Positions 1-13,250 of a DNA stretch of 64,000 nt are shown piece by piece. The stretch is from NCBI GenBank assembly GCA_032718475.1, contig JAUCBJ010001563.1, positions 1 to 64,000 of the forward strand, written 5' to 3'. Position 1 is the stretch's first letter; the number at the start of each line of letters is the position of its first letter. The notes under the pieces were generated by a model. It saw only the letters and a list, made by a program, of their open reading frames with translations. It had not been told where the DNA came from and did no database searches. The stretch is from Nemertoderma westbladi (Eukaryota > Animalia > Xenacoelomorpha). The position numbers were made by a program, and so were the translations under genes.

Positions 1-389
1 GTAGCACCAGAGGCGTACACAGACCCCACTCAGTAGTTTGCAGTGGAGTGAGGTGTTCGATTATCAAACCTGCGGGTTTGGTATAGTCGAACGCCATAAC
101 TATTATCCTTTCTAACTACTGTAGTCTACTACAAGTATTGGGGAGTAGCTTGGGCATCAAAAAGTGAGTCGGTCATGGCCAGTTTATCTCCGAAGTTTTT
201 GTGCTATGCATGGGAATAGGTTAGAAGGTAGTTAGGAATGAGACGGGATCTAGAAACCTGAACCTGAACTGCTGGAAGGCGGCCGGGTAGCTCGGGAAGT
301 TCGTCCCTCCGCATCATCTAGCTGACTTACCCACAGTGTAATTAGTTACGTAACGGACCTAATTGGGATAAATATATATACTTGGCAAT

Positions 390-632
390 ATGGAAAAGGA
401 GATTCGAGCACAACCGAGGAGAGGTTTCACCGCCAGAGAGGAAGCGGAACTACGGTTCGCCCGACCTGGGTGTAAAGATTCCAATGTTTACTACCATGGG
501 AGATCGGTAATGGAGTTGAATGGGAAGTGTAACCCCACGTACGAGAAGGAGTTGAGGAGGGAACGGATGCGAGCGTTGGGAGACCGCATGGAGGTTCTAC
601 GAAAGGAATATCGCACTCGTTTGAATAATTAA
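390..632 (+). CDS. Small 80-aa ORF immediately upstream of a putative PPT/3' LTR; function unknown
   Basis: ATG-initiated, charged ORF ending just before GCAGGGAGA-TGT; no recognisable motif. Confidence 0.25.
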   Translation: MEKEIRAQPRRGFTAREEAELRFARPGCKDSNVYYHGRSVMELNGKCNPTYEKELRRERMRALGDRMEVLRKEYRTRLNN

Positions 633-647
633 TTTAGTGCAGGGAGA

Positions 648-1022
648 TGTCGCGCCATTAGTCTGACACCGAGAGGGCACAGAGAAACACCAGAAGATGG
701 CTTAACCTAACTATAGGCCTGCCTACTAGACACTATTAACCGCACACTATAAAGGTAAACAAAATCCTTATCGCATTTCCAGCTGCAGTGAGTGACAGTT
801 CGCGGCAAACTACAGAGAGTTTCCAGATTACTAAGCGTTTCAAAAGTATTCAATTGTATCCTTTGGCGAAAAAATTTTGGTTGTTGCCAATTCAATTATG
901 TTCAATTGTCCCATTCAACAACATTACATTACACTGGTACACATTTGATAAAATGTGTTCACAATTGTACAAATCTGCGTTTTCTGGTGGCCTGTACTGT
1001 AATTGTATATTGATCGAATACA
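648..1022 (+). mobile_element. Putative 3' LTR of an LTR element extending left of the window
   Basis: Purine tract GCAGGGAGA followed by TGTCG at 648; plausible end GAATACA at 1022; partner LTR not in window. Confidence 0.35.
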
Positions 1023-1370
1023 TTTTATAGCCTGGGGTATAGGGTCCGAGCCACGAAGTTGGCGGAGCCTTTGCGAACTGGCGCTATCTCTTAGGGGGGT
1101 AGGTCAATTATGGCAAATACAGTAGTTCATTCAATAATTGTACTGTATGTCATCATCGTCGCCACGATTTTGACTTACTTATAACTTCGTCGGATTTAAA
1201 GCTTACGAGTCTAAAATTAGTAGGCATCAATAAGACCATAAGTTTTGTTTTTTAGGGACTTCCACACACCATCAAATCCTCAGTCTCTCGCTAGAGGGCT
1301 ACATTTCTAGATATTATACATCCTCACATTTTCTTTGCTTTAAACCCGTTCTAGCTGAAACTTGGCATAT

Positions 1371-3950
1371 TTGTACTAGACCATTAACTGTGTCATTTAA
1401 AGGAGGCTCTTCCGTCTGCAGTTCTCTAATCTGCCGCTTGAGGGCGAAATATCTCAAAGTGCAATCATTGCTTTAGCCTAAACGTATTTGTCAGATATGT
1501 GCTAGAACACGTCTGGTGTATTTGCCGGGCTACCAGTTCCACCTCACCACTATTCCAGCAAAGTGTAAATAGTACATGCAATAGTGTTAGGCCCCAGACT
1601 AATAAGACAGCTTGCTTATTGTTTATCTCGCAAAATGATTGGCTGAGTATTTAATGGAGATTCTTTATAATATTTCTTATAAATTGGGTCGCCTCCACGC
1701 CTAAAATATATTACTTCTAAAACACAAATTATCTGTTAATACCTGCCTGTCACCAATCCTCTGTGCGCCTTTGGGGGATGGGGTGCAGATTAAGGGAGGG
1801 GGGGGGGGGGGGGGGGGGGGGTTGAAAGCGAGTAACTTTCCCCTCTTATGATTTATTTGCGGTTTGGTTAATTTCTTAAATCCCGATTTTGTAATAGAAT
1901 TGCTCAATTTTAATTTGTGTCTCATAACTGAGCCTCGTGCTGCGCGAAGGCCCCACGAACTGTATGGACCATTGTACTAGACCATTAACTGTGTCATTCA
2001 AAGGAAGCTGTAAAAAGGGGTTTTGCAGACTATCTACCAGGCCAGCGTGTGGTTGCCTTCGATTCCCTATAAGGTTCGTGGAGTGTGTGGGGAGTGCAGT
2101 AGCCTGGTATGTGCTTGCCCTTTTTTAAAGAATAGGCCTATACGAGAGGGGTAGGGGGGGGGGGGGGGGGGGGGTTATCCGAATGGTTTCCTTCCTTGGT
2201 CTAGAGATTGGGGAGCCCGTGATTCATTTTCACCATGACGAAAACGTAAAAAACAGTTAAATAATTCAGTGCAGAGGTTTAATTTTTATTCAATTTCAAT
2301 CAGACAGTAAAAATTCATGCGGATATTGCATTAATGATAATAATAAAATTACCGGTCCGGCCGGGACCAAAAAACATTTAATTAAATGGCATGACAGTTG
2401 GCTGGGGGTTCGTAGGCTACTGAAGAATGAATCCCATAACTATAGTTTATATACACCGAAATTCAACCAATATAAAAGGTGTTAATGGATTACCGAACAA
2501 ACTGCACATTACTTCAACAGGCAAACAAGCAAACGAGCTATAATCAGTTTGACCCTTGCAACAATGGAGTAACACAACTTCACCATCCTAACATAGGCTA
2601 TTATTAGCTACAACATTCAAAGTAATAATATCACAAAGCCAAGCCTTGAATACACCCCCCCTCTCCCGAAAGGAATCCTCCAATCAAACTTACAAGAGAA
2701 ATAATGGCCACATGTTTATCCTACAACTTTACGGAAGCTAATCGTGATTACATATCCAATATAATGGCTAAGTACGCCCACCCCAAGCAATACCCGAGCC
2801 CGCCCCAGGCGAGGTATAAAGGTACATACTAACAATAACCGAGCTAAAAATAAACCCAATAATCAACTTACGGCCCACCAATAAAAATTACAACCCAATG
2901 GATGTCGTCACAGCCAATAGCACACCAACAAAATCAATATAGAACAAGTCCTAAGCCGAAACAATCACCCAATAAATGGATCAACATTACAGATTATATG
3001 CCGAGAAATAATGCACTAAATAAATAATTAAAGACATAAATAAATTATATGCCGAAATAATACATCGCATCGAATAGGTAGATTACATAGGATAAATTCT
3101 GAGCCGAAATAACACATCGAATAGTCAGATTACATAGATAGATTACAAGCTAAAAATAGTACACCGAATAAATAGATAAGACACAAAGCAAATCACATGT
3201 TAAAAATAATGCATTAAATAAATAATATGAATATCAGGCTAAAAAACTAATTTCCCCGTGGAGTCTACTTTGGGCGGCCGTTCGTCTTAACAGAAGCTTA
3301 TCTGACTGCAGTTCTCTAGTCTGCCGCTAGAGGGCAAAATGTCTCAAAGTGCAATCACTGATTTAGCTGAAACATCAGATATGTGCTAGAACAAGTCCGG
3401 TGTGTTTGCCGGGCTAGGAATCAGTCCGACCAGTTCTACCTAACCACTATTCCAGCTAGGTCTAATTATATAGGACATGCAATAGGTTTAGGCCCTAGAG
3501 TAATAAGACAGCTTGCTTATGGCTTATCTCGCAAAATGATTGGCTGAGTATTTAATGGAGATTCTTTAGAATTAATATAGCTAAATAATTTTGTTGTGAC
3601 ATCAACATGGTAAATTAATATTTCAGTATCAATACTAAAACGTCATAAGGTAAGTTATAATATTTCTTATAAATTGTTTCGCCTCCACGCCTAAAATATA
3701 TTACTTTTAAAACACCAATTTTCTGTTAATACCTGCCTGTGAACAATCCTCTGTGTACCTTTGGGTTGGGGTGCAGATTAAGGGGGGGGGGGGGGGGGGG
3801 GGGTTGAAAGCGAGCAACTTTCCCCTCTTATGATTTATTTGCGGTTTGGTTAATTTCTTAAATACAGATTTTGTGTTAGAATTGCTCAATTTTAATTTGT
3901 ATCTCATAACTGAGCCTCGTGCTGCGCGAAGGCCCCACGAACGTGTACTA
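1371..3950 (+). repeat. Two tandem ~600-bp copies of a Helitron/Helentron-like non-autonomous unit; second copy split by a solo LTR
   Basis: 1371-1971 recurs as 1972-2008 plus 3298-3950; both contain a poly-G tract and the GC-rich end motif CCTCGTGCTGCGCGAAGGCCCCACGAAC. Confidence 0.6.
2009..3292. mobile_element. Solo LTR (1284 bp)
   Basis: TGTAA...TTAACA termini; perfect 5-bp TSD GAAGC (2004-2008 and 3293-3297); removing it restores the repeat unit seen intact at 1371-1971. Confidence 0.85.
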
Positions 3951-5063
3951 ACTGGCTGATATAATATTATGGTTTTGTTCAGAAATTGAAAAAATCGTGT
4001 CACTGGGGGTCTGCTAGAGCTTATGCCTAGCAGACTTTCACTGAGGCTGCACTGCTAGCTGGGTGGACTTCCAGACAAACTGGCAGAATCTTAACTGCGG
4101 AACTGCTGGCAGCTAGGCCCAACTCAGCAACTCAGTACAGGTAACTGCCTGATTGCAGTACTGCAGTATGCAGTACCTGCAGTAAGTCATTACTGTACTG
4201 CCTGCCTGCACTGCGACTGCACTACTGCAGTGCAGGTGGCAGGTGTATAAACACAACCTGACAACAGCATCCATTAGATGTAGTCCCAGTCTGCCAGGGC
4301 CAGCCCAGCAGCCAGACTGCCAGACCACACTGCCAGACTGCCACAGACTGACAGACTCATGTCAGCATGTTGTCTGATGTCTGCATGACCGGTCTGCCAG
4401 TATAGGCCTATCAGCCTATGCCTATAGGATATATTTTTTGGACTTCCTATATCAGTTAGTGTAGGTTTCTTAAATAGGAAGTTTTTTTGTATTCCTATAT
4501 CAGTATATAGGAAATCTTGCTTCCTATATCAGTATATAGGAAGTTTTGGCCGTTTTTTGGAACATTTTCTTCATTATCTTTTGAAATTAATTTTAGCGGC
4601 ATATTTGAATTCCTGGTTATTGGAGGATAATCTATACTGCGTTTGTTGTGAAAACTAGACAAAAAACTATCTGTGCGTTCGCTTTCTATAGCCATTTTAA
4701 AAACGTTACTTTTTCCGAGAATTTCTTATATAGGAGATATTTTTTGGACTTCCTATTTTTAGCATTTAGGAGTTAAACTTATTTCTTAATTTAAAAATTT
4801 TATGTCTTGATTTTTCTTAATTAGGCCTAAGAAAATGGTGACTTGCCAGTTCATTTTAAGAGGATTTATTTAAGAATGTAAACTGGTAAATAACTGTAAA
4901 TTACTGTAAATTTCATTGTACATTATACTGTTATATAGACTAACTACAGTCTGACAGTAGGTACTACTATAGTCAGATAGTACAGTAGTACAGAAGCTAA
5001 CAGTACAGTACGGTACAGTACACGAGTACAGCAATAACAGAATAACACTAACTTATTTACTAT

Positions 5064-8035
5064 CAGTCGGTGAGAAGTCAAAAATTGGACTTCAAGTCCA
5101 ATTTTAGACTTCAAGTCCAATTTTGGACTCCAAAGTCCAATATTGGACTTTAGTACAACTCCAAGTGTACCCATGCTGCCATACTGTATATCGGCATTTA
5201 AATCAAAACTGCATCCCGTATCAGCTACATACTACATACCTAGATACCATATCTAGAAAGCCAGCAAGCTGGCTGGAAGGAGCCCGGGGGAAAAATCCTA
5301 GCCATAAGACTATTACAAAGAACTATGTCAGTCAGCAGTAAGTAAACTAAAATTGTCTAAACTGCAAGGCGTGAGGCTAGCTTTGTGGCTCGCCCCACAT
5401 AATAAAAAATGCAACTTAGCTACCACTAACAAAAATATAATATGAAGCAAATAATTTCATTATCAAGAACGTTTACAAGATATAAGATGCGATTACCGAA
5501 TATTTATAAAAAATGCCCATGATGCACAACCAGATAAATAACAACGAATAGAGCCAAATAACAAATTTAGTTTCCTTCTATAGGTATTACCCCGTCGTCA
5601 AGCGGAATATCTCTTCCCAGTGAATTCTATGTGAGGTACTCCTTAGGCGGTAGGCCAGAGCGGGCTCCTTAAATACATGCAACTACTGTATTATAGTGTA
5701 GGTCAACTATAAAACATTTTGCAATCCACAGTGAGTATCGACTGCAATAGGACACAACACACTGCTCTGTGTAACTAAAATTCATTCTCCTGATCCACCC
5801 CCTAACATAGCAGAGTGAGTAACCTTATTGTAGATATACCCTTAGGAAGCACTGGGAGAGCAATCAGCTTATGGGGTAATACATTAGAAACCAACAGCTT
5901 ATGTGTGAGTAAACATTGCCTTTCCTTATAGCCTACTAGTAAAACTTGGCAACCAACACGTTTTTCTATGACTGTGTATAACATATTAAGCCATATTTCA
6001 TCATGAACACCAGCTGTTATTTTACCATTGCTTTTAATTTCGCGACAAAACAATGTCAAAAAACTAAATATATCGAATACCACACATAGAATCGATCTGA
6101 AATTTTGTAACGCGATTATGAACCACCAAAGCAATGTACTTGCAAAATTTCATCAAAATCGCCAGGCAGGAAGTGCCTTAACCTAGATAATTATCAGTCA
6201 GTCAGTGTCAGTCAATGTAATGTATCCTGAAGATTCTTACAGTAAGTATCCCGCTGTCCATACTACATACTACATAATTACAATGCAACATTATTTTAAT
6301 GATCAAATTAATTATTATATGTATTATAAACAGGGATCGCACACGTACAGTCAGACATCAGTAGTTACTTTTTGCGGTAGTGGTATAGTTTTGCGGTAGC
6401 CTTACTGCCTTAGCGGTGTATACCGCGGTAGCGTAGTGGAGTTATAGCTGTATAGTTCATTCATACCCATACTGCCATACCTGTGGTATTTTCGTATGGC
6501 AAAAATAAGACTACTGTAAACTGTAACCTATTATCTGATTATGTTATTCAGTTAATGTTTATTGACTAATTGTTTAGATTAGGTTCACTGTGTCAAGTAC
6601 AATGCACACATCTCTGCATCTCCAACCAAACACTATATAACATTGGAGTTGGAGGTGTCTCATTCAGTCATTGGTTTCCCCAAGCTTGACACTAGAACAA
6701 AGCCGCCTCCGCTTTGCAGGACATCGCTTTAAGCCGTGAGGACCAGCCAGTGCACCTCATGGAGTGAATAAGCATGGTGGACAGCCCATAACTTTCTTGA
6801 GACACATCTTTCTTACTGTCTTAAAGGAAAGGACACTGGCCTTAAAGATGCGGATGATCTAGCAAATGTCATGGGTGATAAGGCTGTAAGAGTGTAAGGG
6901 AGTTGTGGAGGCGCACTTTTGTCAACAAGCCGGCACAGCATTCTTAATACATAATAGGGCCTATATATATAATGCAGTTGCAATGAATCATGCCGATTGT
7001 AGTAGTAGTATGTGGTGAGGTTATAGGGCTCCTTCAATTGGTAAAGTCAAAAGTGACTTTAGTTGTGAAGTTAGAAGTTGTGAAGTGAAGTTAGAAAAGC
7101 CTGCATCTGTAACCTGTTCCTTTCCCTCAATTGGTTTATGATTATGATGTGTGTTACTTGTTACTTCTGTACTTATTATGTGGAGACCCCAACACGTTAA
7201 TCAGTTACTAATCCCATTTCATTATCCTGTTATCCAGCGTTTTATAATACCCTTCCTGTTGTATGGAAAAATTAGAAGAGATGGTGGTAGCATCAACTTG
7301 TAGTATTTCTTTCTGATAGCCTGATTCTTTCCCATAGCCTTAGACGAAATCGTAGCTTGTACTGTAGTTAGCCTTAGCAGCAGCTGCAGTTGGCTAACCT
7401 GGCATTGTTATCAGTATCCACCAAATATAATTTGTAATTAAATATTTGTTGGAGCATAATCTAATCTAGTCCTAAAGACACTATAAAGTCCTGGGTACAT
7501 AAGGCTGTAAGGTTAGACATAACATGAATGTAAATTGTAAACTAAACAATACTGTATGCTAAAAGTAAAGTACAAACTACAAAGTACCTAGAATGCTAGA
7601 ATGTACCATTATATTCTAAGTACAGTACAGTCATTACACTGAAGATACATACAGAGCTGCAAAGGTAACTTTCCATAACTTAACAGCTGTCTGGCTGTCT
7701 CTCATCTGTCATGCTTCATGTACCTTTAAGTTCGATTCTCAATGTCACGTCCAAAATTGGACTTAAAGTCCAATATTGGACTTTTGTAAAAATTCAAAGC
7801 CTTATAAAAAAAGTTCCCCCTGGTGAATTTCAGGTCCCCCTGTTCAAAACTCTTATTTTTTGATATATTTTCGATTAAAGAACAAAAATCCCGCCCGATC
7901 CAATTACCCAAGGCCCTGGAACAATTGGCTGATTTGAAGTCCAATATTGGACTCACAGAAGTCCAATTTTGGACTTGAACTGGAGTCGAAGTCCAATTTT
8001 GGACTCAAGTCCAATTTTTGACTTCTCACCGACTG
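5064..8035. mobile_element. Non-autonomous DNA transposon with CAGTCGGTGAGAAGTC TIRs and a 5-bp TSD
   Basis: CAGTCGGTGAGAAGTCAAAAATTGGACT at 5064 is the reverse complement of the end at 8035; ACTAT on both flanks; subterminal AGTCCAA(T/A)TTGGACT repeats. Confidence 0.8.
6582..7010 (+). pseudogene. Degenerate 3' fragment of an RTE-clade LINE
   Basis: Homologous to the reverse complement of about 33545-33920; ends in a (TAG)n tail. Confidence 0.6.
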
Positions 8036-8356
8036 ACTATATTGTTTTAAAACATCATTTTGCAATTTCTTAGTATTTTATTACATTTAAAAAGTGAAAT
8101 GTTGCTCTCTACAAGTTCTTGGATGAAGAAATGTGCCATGTTTAGATGTCAATGTGCTGATGCAAATATATGTAAATTGTTGAAGATTGAAGGCAAGCAA
8201 ATAAGTTACGGTGTGATAAATTGATTATTAAAAAAAATTATTTCATGAATAATTAGGCCCTATTGATTAGGCCTATTTAAAAAAATATTGCATGAATAAT
8301 TATTGATTATTTAAAAAATATTGCATGAATAATTATTGATTAGGGGTCCTACTAAA

Positions 8357-8458
8357 AACCGCAATTTACCGCAACTAACCGCAATTTACCGCAACTTACC
8401 GCAATTTACCGCAACTTACCGCAATTTACCGCAACTAACCGCAATTTACCGCAACTAA
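8357..8458. repeat. 10-bp tandem repeat (ACCGCAATTT/ACCGCAACTA/ACCGCAACTT), about 10 copies
   Basis: Directly visible. Confidence 0.9.
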
Positions 8459-8470
8459 TTGTCATTTTTA

Positions 8471-8548
8471 AGCAGCCTTATGGTCTAGTGGTGACAACCT
8501 TAGGCTTCCACGTAGGAGGCCCTGGTTCGATCCCTTGACCAGGCAACA
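8471..8548 (+). mobile_element. tRNA-derived (Gly-like) SINE head or tRNA pseudogene
   Basis: A box TGGTCTAGTGG, CTTCCA loop, B box GGTTCGATCCC; relatives at 11745 and 35735; cloverleaf imperfect. Confidence 0.55.
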
Positions 8549-8634
8549 CGTTTTTTGCAGTGTTTTAAAAACGACAAAATTTACAATTAATGCTGTAATG
8601 TGATCAATATAAAACCAATATATGTTAACATTAG

Positions 8635-11110
8635 CAGTCAGGGAGATCATCAATTTTGGGGTTACCCCAAATTTCGAATTCTGGTAATAGACTGTCGAAA
8701 ATTGGGGTTTTTTGTTCAAATTTGAGGTATTTTTAGGCTCATAATATCGAGTGTTGCTGCGACTTAGGGAAACTATTGGAGCAACTTCTACTTTTAATAT
8801 GTTAAAATATAATGTAAAATAAGAACTTTTATCGATGCAATAAAATATTTCACCGATGCAAACATGCTTTTATTGGGGGCGAAAATTGAAATTTGAGGTT
8901 AAACCTCAAATTTGAGACAAAACCTCAAATTTCGCCAGCCTTTACAACATCACCAGCCTGTCAGCAGTAGGGTGTAGCAGTAGGCTTTTCTGCTTAGTGC
9001 TTATAGAGCTTGGTGAGAATGGGTGACCAGTGTAACCTGTGACATGACATGTATGCAGGGTAGGCTTAACCTTACAGCACAGTAACTTACAGTCAATAAC
9101 TTTAATGATTGTTAACTCCGTTAATGATTGGTGAGAAAAATGCAGAAGACTAGAGACTCTATCCTTACAGCCTTACTGTTGGTAAGAAAAACAGTAGACC
9201 AAATCCTCACTGTTGCGAGATTCAAGCTCACACAGCTGCACAGTCACAGACTCAGGAAGACCTACTATATCTTGTGGATGTTGAATCAATTCCAGAATTT
9301 GGTAGTTTACATATTCTGGCATTCATCTGTTCTGTTCATCATTCATATCACACATCTTCGGAAAAAAATATGTTTTCTGGTTGTTGATGTCCTCTTTAAC
9401 ACTTTGTATATCAAATGAAGCCATTCCTCTCCTGATAGCCTGAAGACTTATGTAATATTCGCCTGTCCTAGCTCTATCTGTCAATTGGAATACTGTACCA
9501 TCAGTTTGGAGCACAGACAAATGTTGCCGCAAAGGTTGACAGGTTGACGTGGTTTATACAATATATGTGGACTTGATTCTTTTGTTAGTTATTCTATATG
9601 ACTGGCAACTGGAGACTCTAAATGAAGCAAAGGCCAAGCCCCGCCCATCTGCCCATGCTGCCATGTCTGGGTCTGCTTTTTCCATACATCACCTCTTCTT
9701 TATCAGGGTCATTAACATATGGAACATGCTGGACCTGGAACACAGTAGAAACATCATGATCTCATCACTAATCGCTAGTCTTTTAAACAGTCTTCAGACT
9801 CTGCTTTCTTATCAAGACATCTGAAATGTTTTAGAAATCTAAGTGACTGTTTGTTTATAGGCGTACTATACATACATAAATCCTTATAAATTGACCTTAT
9901 GAGTAACCAGAATCATTTATAACTTGGGCAAAAAGTATAACCTTTTTCACCAACCTATTCTCGAGGCTTTATCTCATTTCTGGAGTAAACCTTGCAGGCA
10001 CTAAAGTTGCATTGCAATAGTCGATACGATAGTGTGTAGGGAGGGATGGATTTTGCTTTTTATTCCAAAATTTTAACATTACGAAATGATTGTACATATA
10101 CATTTCGATCAAAAATTTTGATCAACACTTTCAATGAAATTTTAGAAATTCCACCAAAAATATTTTGGCACTTGTGTCAAATCAAATAGGTGACCCTCCT
10201 AATCTGCTAATCCTGAAATCACCAGCTAATGCTGAAATTTAGTGCAGGTGATATCAATATTCCTAACTCTTGTTTATTGTTTTTTGGTTACTTTCAACTC
10301 ACCTCTGTAACCTGCTCCTTTGCTAACCCTGTAACCGGACACCAGTGAAAGTGACTTTAGTTTTGGTGATTTCAGGATTAGCAGAATAGGAGCTAGGAGG
10401 GTCTCCTACAGCCCTATTTGACACAAGTGCCAATGTTTTATTTTACTTTTTTTACCGGGAGAAAAAGTAAAATCAATGCAAAATTATGGCTCTGTGGTGC
10501 ATTATTATGTGGCAATATTATTCAATATTATTGCAGGTTGCTGTGTTGCCGACTTTGCAAAAGCTGTGCCCAACAAAAAGTTACAATATTCAGATATTAC
10601 GGGGACAACTTTTTCCCTACTAGTGGGGAAAAAAAGTAGGCCTACTACTTTTTCTCCCGATTTTAGGGCATATTCAAGCAAAAAAAGTAACAATATAAAA
10701 ATATAAGTTCTTTAAGCTCTGTACTTCGTTTTATATGTCTACCATCTGATCAGCCACCCCACTGCACCCCTACCAGTAGCCTTTTTATGTATAAGCCTTT
10801 TTAAACTAATACTGAATATGTTTTAATTTTAAATATTATATTTCACAACACTCAGACACTACCCTAGGCCTACATCAGTTTATTTTTTTACCTTTGCAAT
10901 ACAGTAACAAGCTAACAAAGTAACAACTACTGAACTAGGGCAACTATGACTTCTGTCTGTATCTGACTATGCTGCTATGAAATTCAAATTTGGGGTATAA
11001 CTCAAATTTAGAGAATTAACCTAACCTTGTATTAAAATTGAGGTAATTCCAAAATTGGGTCTATAATTTGAAATTTGAGGTATTCTCAAATTTGATGATC
11101 TCCCTGACTG
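8635..11110. mobile_element. Non-autonomous DNA transposon with CAGTCAGGGAGATCATCAA TIRs and a 5-bp TSD
   Basis: TIR at 8635 matches TTGATGATCTCCCTGACTG ending at 11110; ATTAG at 8630-8634 and 11111-11115; subterminal AAATTTGAGG repeats. Confidence 0.85.
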
Positions 11111-11744
11111 ATTAGACTGTTAGAGGGTCCTACGAATTAGGCCTACCGGTAGCGGTACCCAAAAATATTCACAAAATACCACAAAAAGGCTACACTCCTA
11201 CACTATTACCTGTACCCCAAAATAAGCCAACAATGTTTAGAAACGGCGAGGGAAAGGAGCAGGTTACAGTGGCAAGTTTTTCTAACCAAAACAATAAACG
11301 AGAGTGAAAAACAAGTATTTCGGGGTATTTGGGTTTGGCAGTCGGTGATATAGGCGATTTTGGACTTATTCCAATTTTGGAACTTTGTGCGAGGGTAGAT
11401 TCCGAAATCGGAATACACTCCAAAATTGCACTTTTCTAAATTAAAAAAAAATATTTTAAAGTCCAGTAAGTATATTTCCATCATAAATTCTATCATTTTT
11501 CAATAAATATATGATTTTTGTGCCAAATTCATTATTCATACCATGCTTTTGCAGAAATGTATTCATACATTCCAAAATTGGACTTTGTTTGCAGAGATGC
11601 TATGGAGGATGACTGCTGTAACACTAGTAACAAGGTACAGGGGTCCGACCATATGGCTATATGGGCATGCAGGCATGACTAGAGCTGTATCCTGTACAGC
11701 ACAGTTCTACGCTAGAAGCACAGCTGCAGCTAGACCCTAGACCA

Positions 11745-11825
11745 AGCAGCAGCTTGGTCTATTGGTGACATTCCTGGGCTTCCAATTAGGAAGCCCTGTT
11801 TCGATCCCTAGGAGGGGCACGCCAG
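11745..11825 (+). mobile_element. tRNA-derived SINE head, same family as 8471
   Basis: TGGTCTATTGG ... CTTCCA ... GTTTCGATCCC. Confidence 0.45.
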
Positions 11826-12109
11826 CCTGGGCATGGTGCACGGGGGCAGTACTGTTTGAGCACAGCTGCACAGTGCTTTAAATGCTTCAGCCTAGACCAA
11901 CCCTAGCTTTCATCCTTGTGAGTGGTCGATAAATGGGAACAAAGGCAACTTTCGAAAACATAATGGAAGAGGTTTACTATAGAATATCATCCATGGTGGT
12001 GAACAGGCATTCCTTGGCTTAATGAGCCTAAAAAGATTATCCCATTCAATCAGTCAATATCATGAATTGGGGTGTTAGCTATGATGATGGAAAATAAATA
12101 GACCTCTTA

Positions 12110-13250
12110 ATCGTTTCAATATATTGTTTTAGTGTCTCATGCGCTGCGCGAAGGCCTTTGAACCGTTTCAACAGATTGTTTCAGTATCTCAGATACTGCG
12201 TGAACACGAAGGTATCTTAAACATTTCAACAGTTTGTTACACAATGTTGGAGTACGCCACGTGCTGCGCGAAGGTCTTTTAAACGTTTCAACAGCTTGTT
12301 ACACAATCTTACAGTGGCCACGTGCTGCGCGAAGGTCTCTTAAACATTTGAACAGATTGTTGCACAATGTTACAGTGCGCCACGTGCTGCGCGAAGGTCT
12401 CTTAAACATTTGAACAGCTTTGTACACAATGTTGCAGTGCGCCACGTGCTGCGCGAAGGTCTCTCAAACGTTTCAACAGATTTACAGTAAGCCACGTGCT
12501 GCGCGAAGGTCTCTTAAACATTTGAACAGCTTGTTACACAATGTTACAGTGCGCCACGTGCTGCGCGAAGGTCTCCCAAACGTTTCAACATATTGTTACA
12601 CAATGTTACAGTAAGCCACGTGCTGCGCGAAGGTCTCTTAAACGTTTCAACAGCTTGTTACACAATCTTACAGTGCGCCACGTGCTGCGCGAAGGTCTCT
12701 TAAACATTTGAACAGATTGTTACACAATGTTACAGTGCGCCACGTGCTGCGCGAAGGTCTCTTAAACATTTGAACAGCTTGTTACACAATGTTACAGTGC
12801 GCCACGTGCTGCGCGAAGGTCTCTCAAACGTTTCAACATATTGTTACACAATGTTACAGTAAGCCACGTGCTGCGCGAAGGTCTCTTAAACATTTGAACA
12901 GCTTGTTACACAATGTTACAGTACGCCACATTCTGAGCGAAGGTCTCTTAAACTTTTCAACAGATTGTTACAGTTCTCCACATGCTGCGCGAAGGTCTCT
13001 TAAACGTTCCAACAGATTGTTACAATGTTACAGCAAGCCACGTGCTCCGTGAATGTCTCTTAAACGTTTCAACAGTTTGTTACACAATGTTGGAGGACCC
13101 CACGTGCTGCGCGAAGGTCTCTTAAACTTTTCAACAGATTGTTACAGTTCTCCACATGCTGCGCGAAGGCCTCAAACGTTTTAACATATTGTTTCAGTAT
13201 TTCACATACTGCGCGAAGGTCTCTCAAACGTTTCATCAGATTGTTACACA
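12110..13250. repeat. 62-bp minisatellite with core CACGTGCTGCGCGAAGGTCTC
   Basis: Unit spacing of 62 nt (12381 to 12443; 12679 to 12741); edges degenerate. Confidence 0.9.

Noticed and set aside
1792-1820. Poly-G/poly-C tracts as dedicated G-quadruplex elements (also near 2155, 3782, 28927, 41345, 63170 and 63563)
   Set aside because: They lie mostly within repeat elements, homopolymer lengths are unreliable, and there is no independent support.
8471-8548. Functional tRNA-Gly genes (also tRNA-like segments at 11745, 15000, 39677 and 42757)
   Set aside because: A and B boxes are present but acceptor and T stems pair poorly and copies diverge; better explained as SINE heads or pseudogenes.
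12110-13250. CRISPR array, or coding ORFs 12420-12614, 12789-13052 and 13069-13251
   Set aside because: Contiguous 62-bp satellite; the ORFs are by-products of the repeat.
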